A stretch of DNA of 34,588 nt from a virus. Below the pieces are notes generated by a model. That model did no database searches. It was not told the DNA's origin and saw nothing but the letters and a program-made list of their open reading frames with translations. Where the stretch lies: the UHGV virus genome UHGV-0091505; one strand, given 5' to 3'. The position numbers and the translations under genes were made by a program. Of the stretch, positions 34,539 through 34,588 are shown in pieces (position 1 is the stretch's first letter; each line of letters opens with the position of its first letter).

Positions 34539-34588
34539 AATTCACCCGTATAGAAACAATTTTCATGACGGTATGAGAGTATACCTTT

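Larger units (their letters stand above)
1..34588. mobile_element. prophage (partial in window): integrase at right edge, lambda-like immunity/replication core, T7/epsilon15-like virion module
   Basis: Contiguous phage gene content across the whole window (integrase, repressor/cro, O/P-like, terminase, portal, capsid, tail fibre); no host housekeeping genes seen. Confidence 0.85.

Overview
The whole window is one temperate prophage of an enterobacterial (lambda-like regulation) type, ending at the right with a P4-type tyrosine integrase; all calls are from reading the sequence and ORF translations, with no database search run. Right to left: integrase (-); an early-left operon on + (small ORFs, PD-(D/E)XK exonuclease, RecT-like annealing protein, AlpA-like regulator, PerC/ANR-like regulator, MT-A70 adenine methyltransferase, lambda-type Ser/Thr phosphatase); an immunity region (dual-HTH repressor without a peptidase domain on +, Cro-like on -); replication genes (zinc-cluster protein, O-like initiator with internal iterons, lambda P-like helicase loader); a nin-like block (DUF1064, Lar-like and others); terS/terL; a + strand insertion carrying tRNA-Arg(UCU) and a Gp49-like gene; then a podovirus T7/epsilon15-like virion module (portal, scaffold, major capsid, tail tubular A/B-like, internal virion proteins) and a tail fibre. 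A second + strand insertion sits between the last internal virion gene and the tail fibre: a near-consensus LexA box in front of a small paralog of the antirepressor C-terminal domain, followed by a Bro-N antirepressor. The most interesting signal is regulatory: a 15-bp palindrome TTACC-N5-GGTAA and close variants recur at 12 positions, flanking the pL/pR-type promoters but also the antirepressor promoter, a promoter after the P gene and the terS upstream region. Together with the non-cleavable repressor and the LexA-boxed antirepressor paralog this suggests an SOS-to-antirepressor induction circuit with a distributed operator network. A separate perfect palindrome GTGACATGTCAC occurs three times at module junctions. 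No Q antiterminator or lysis cassette is visible in the window.
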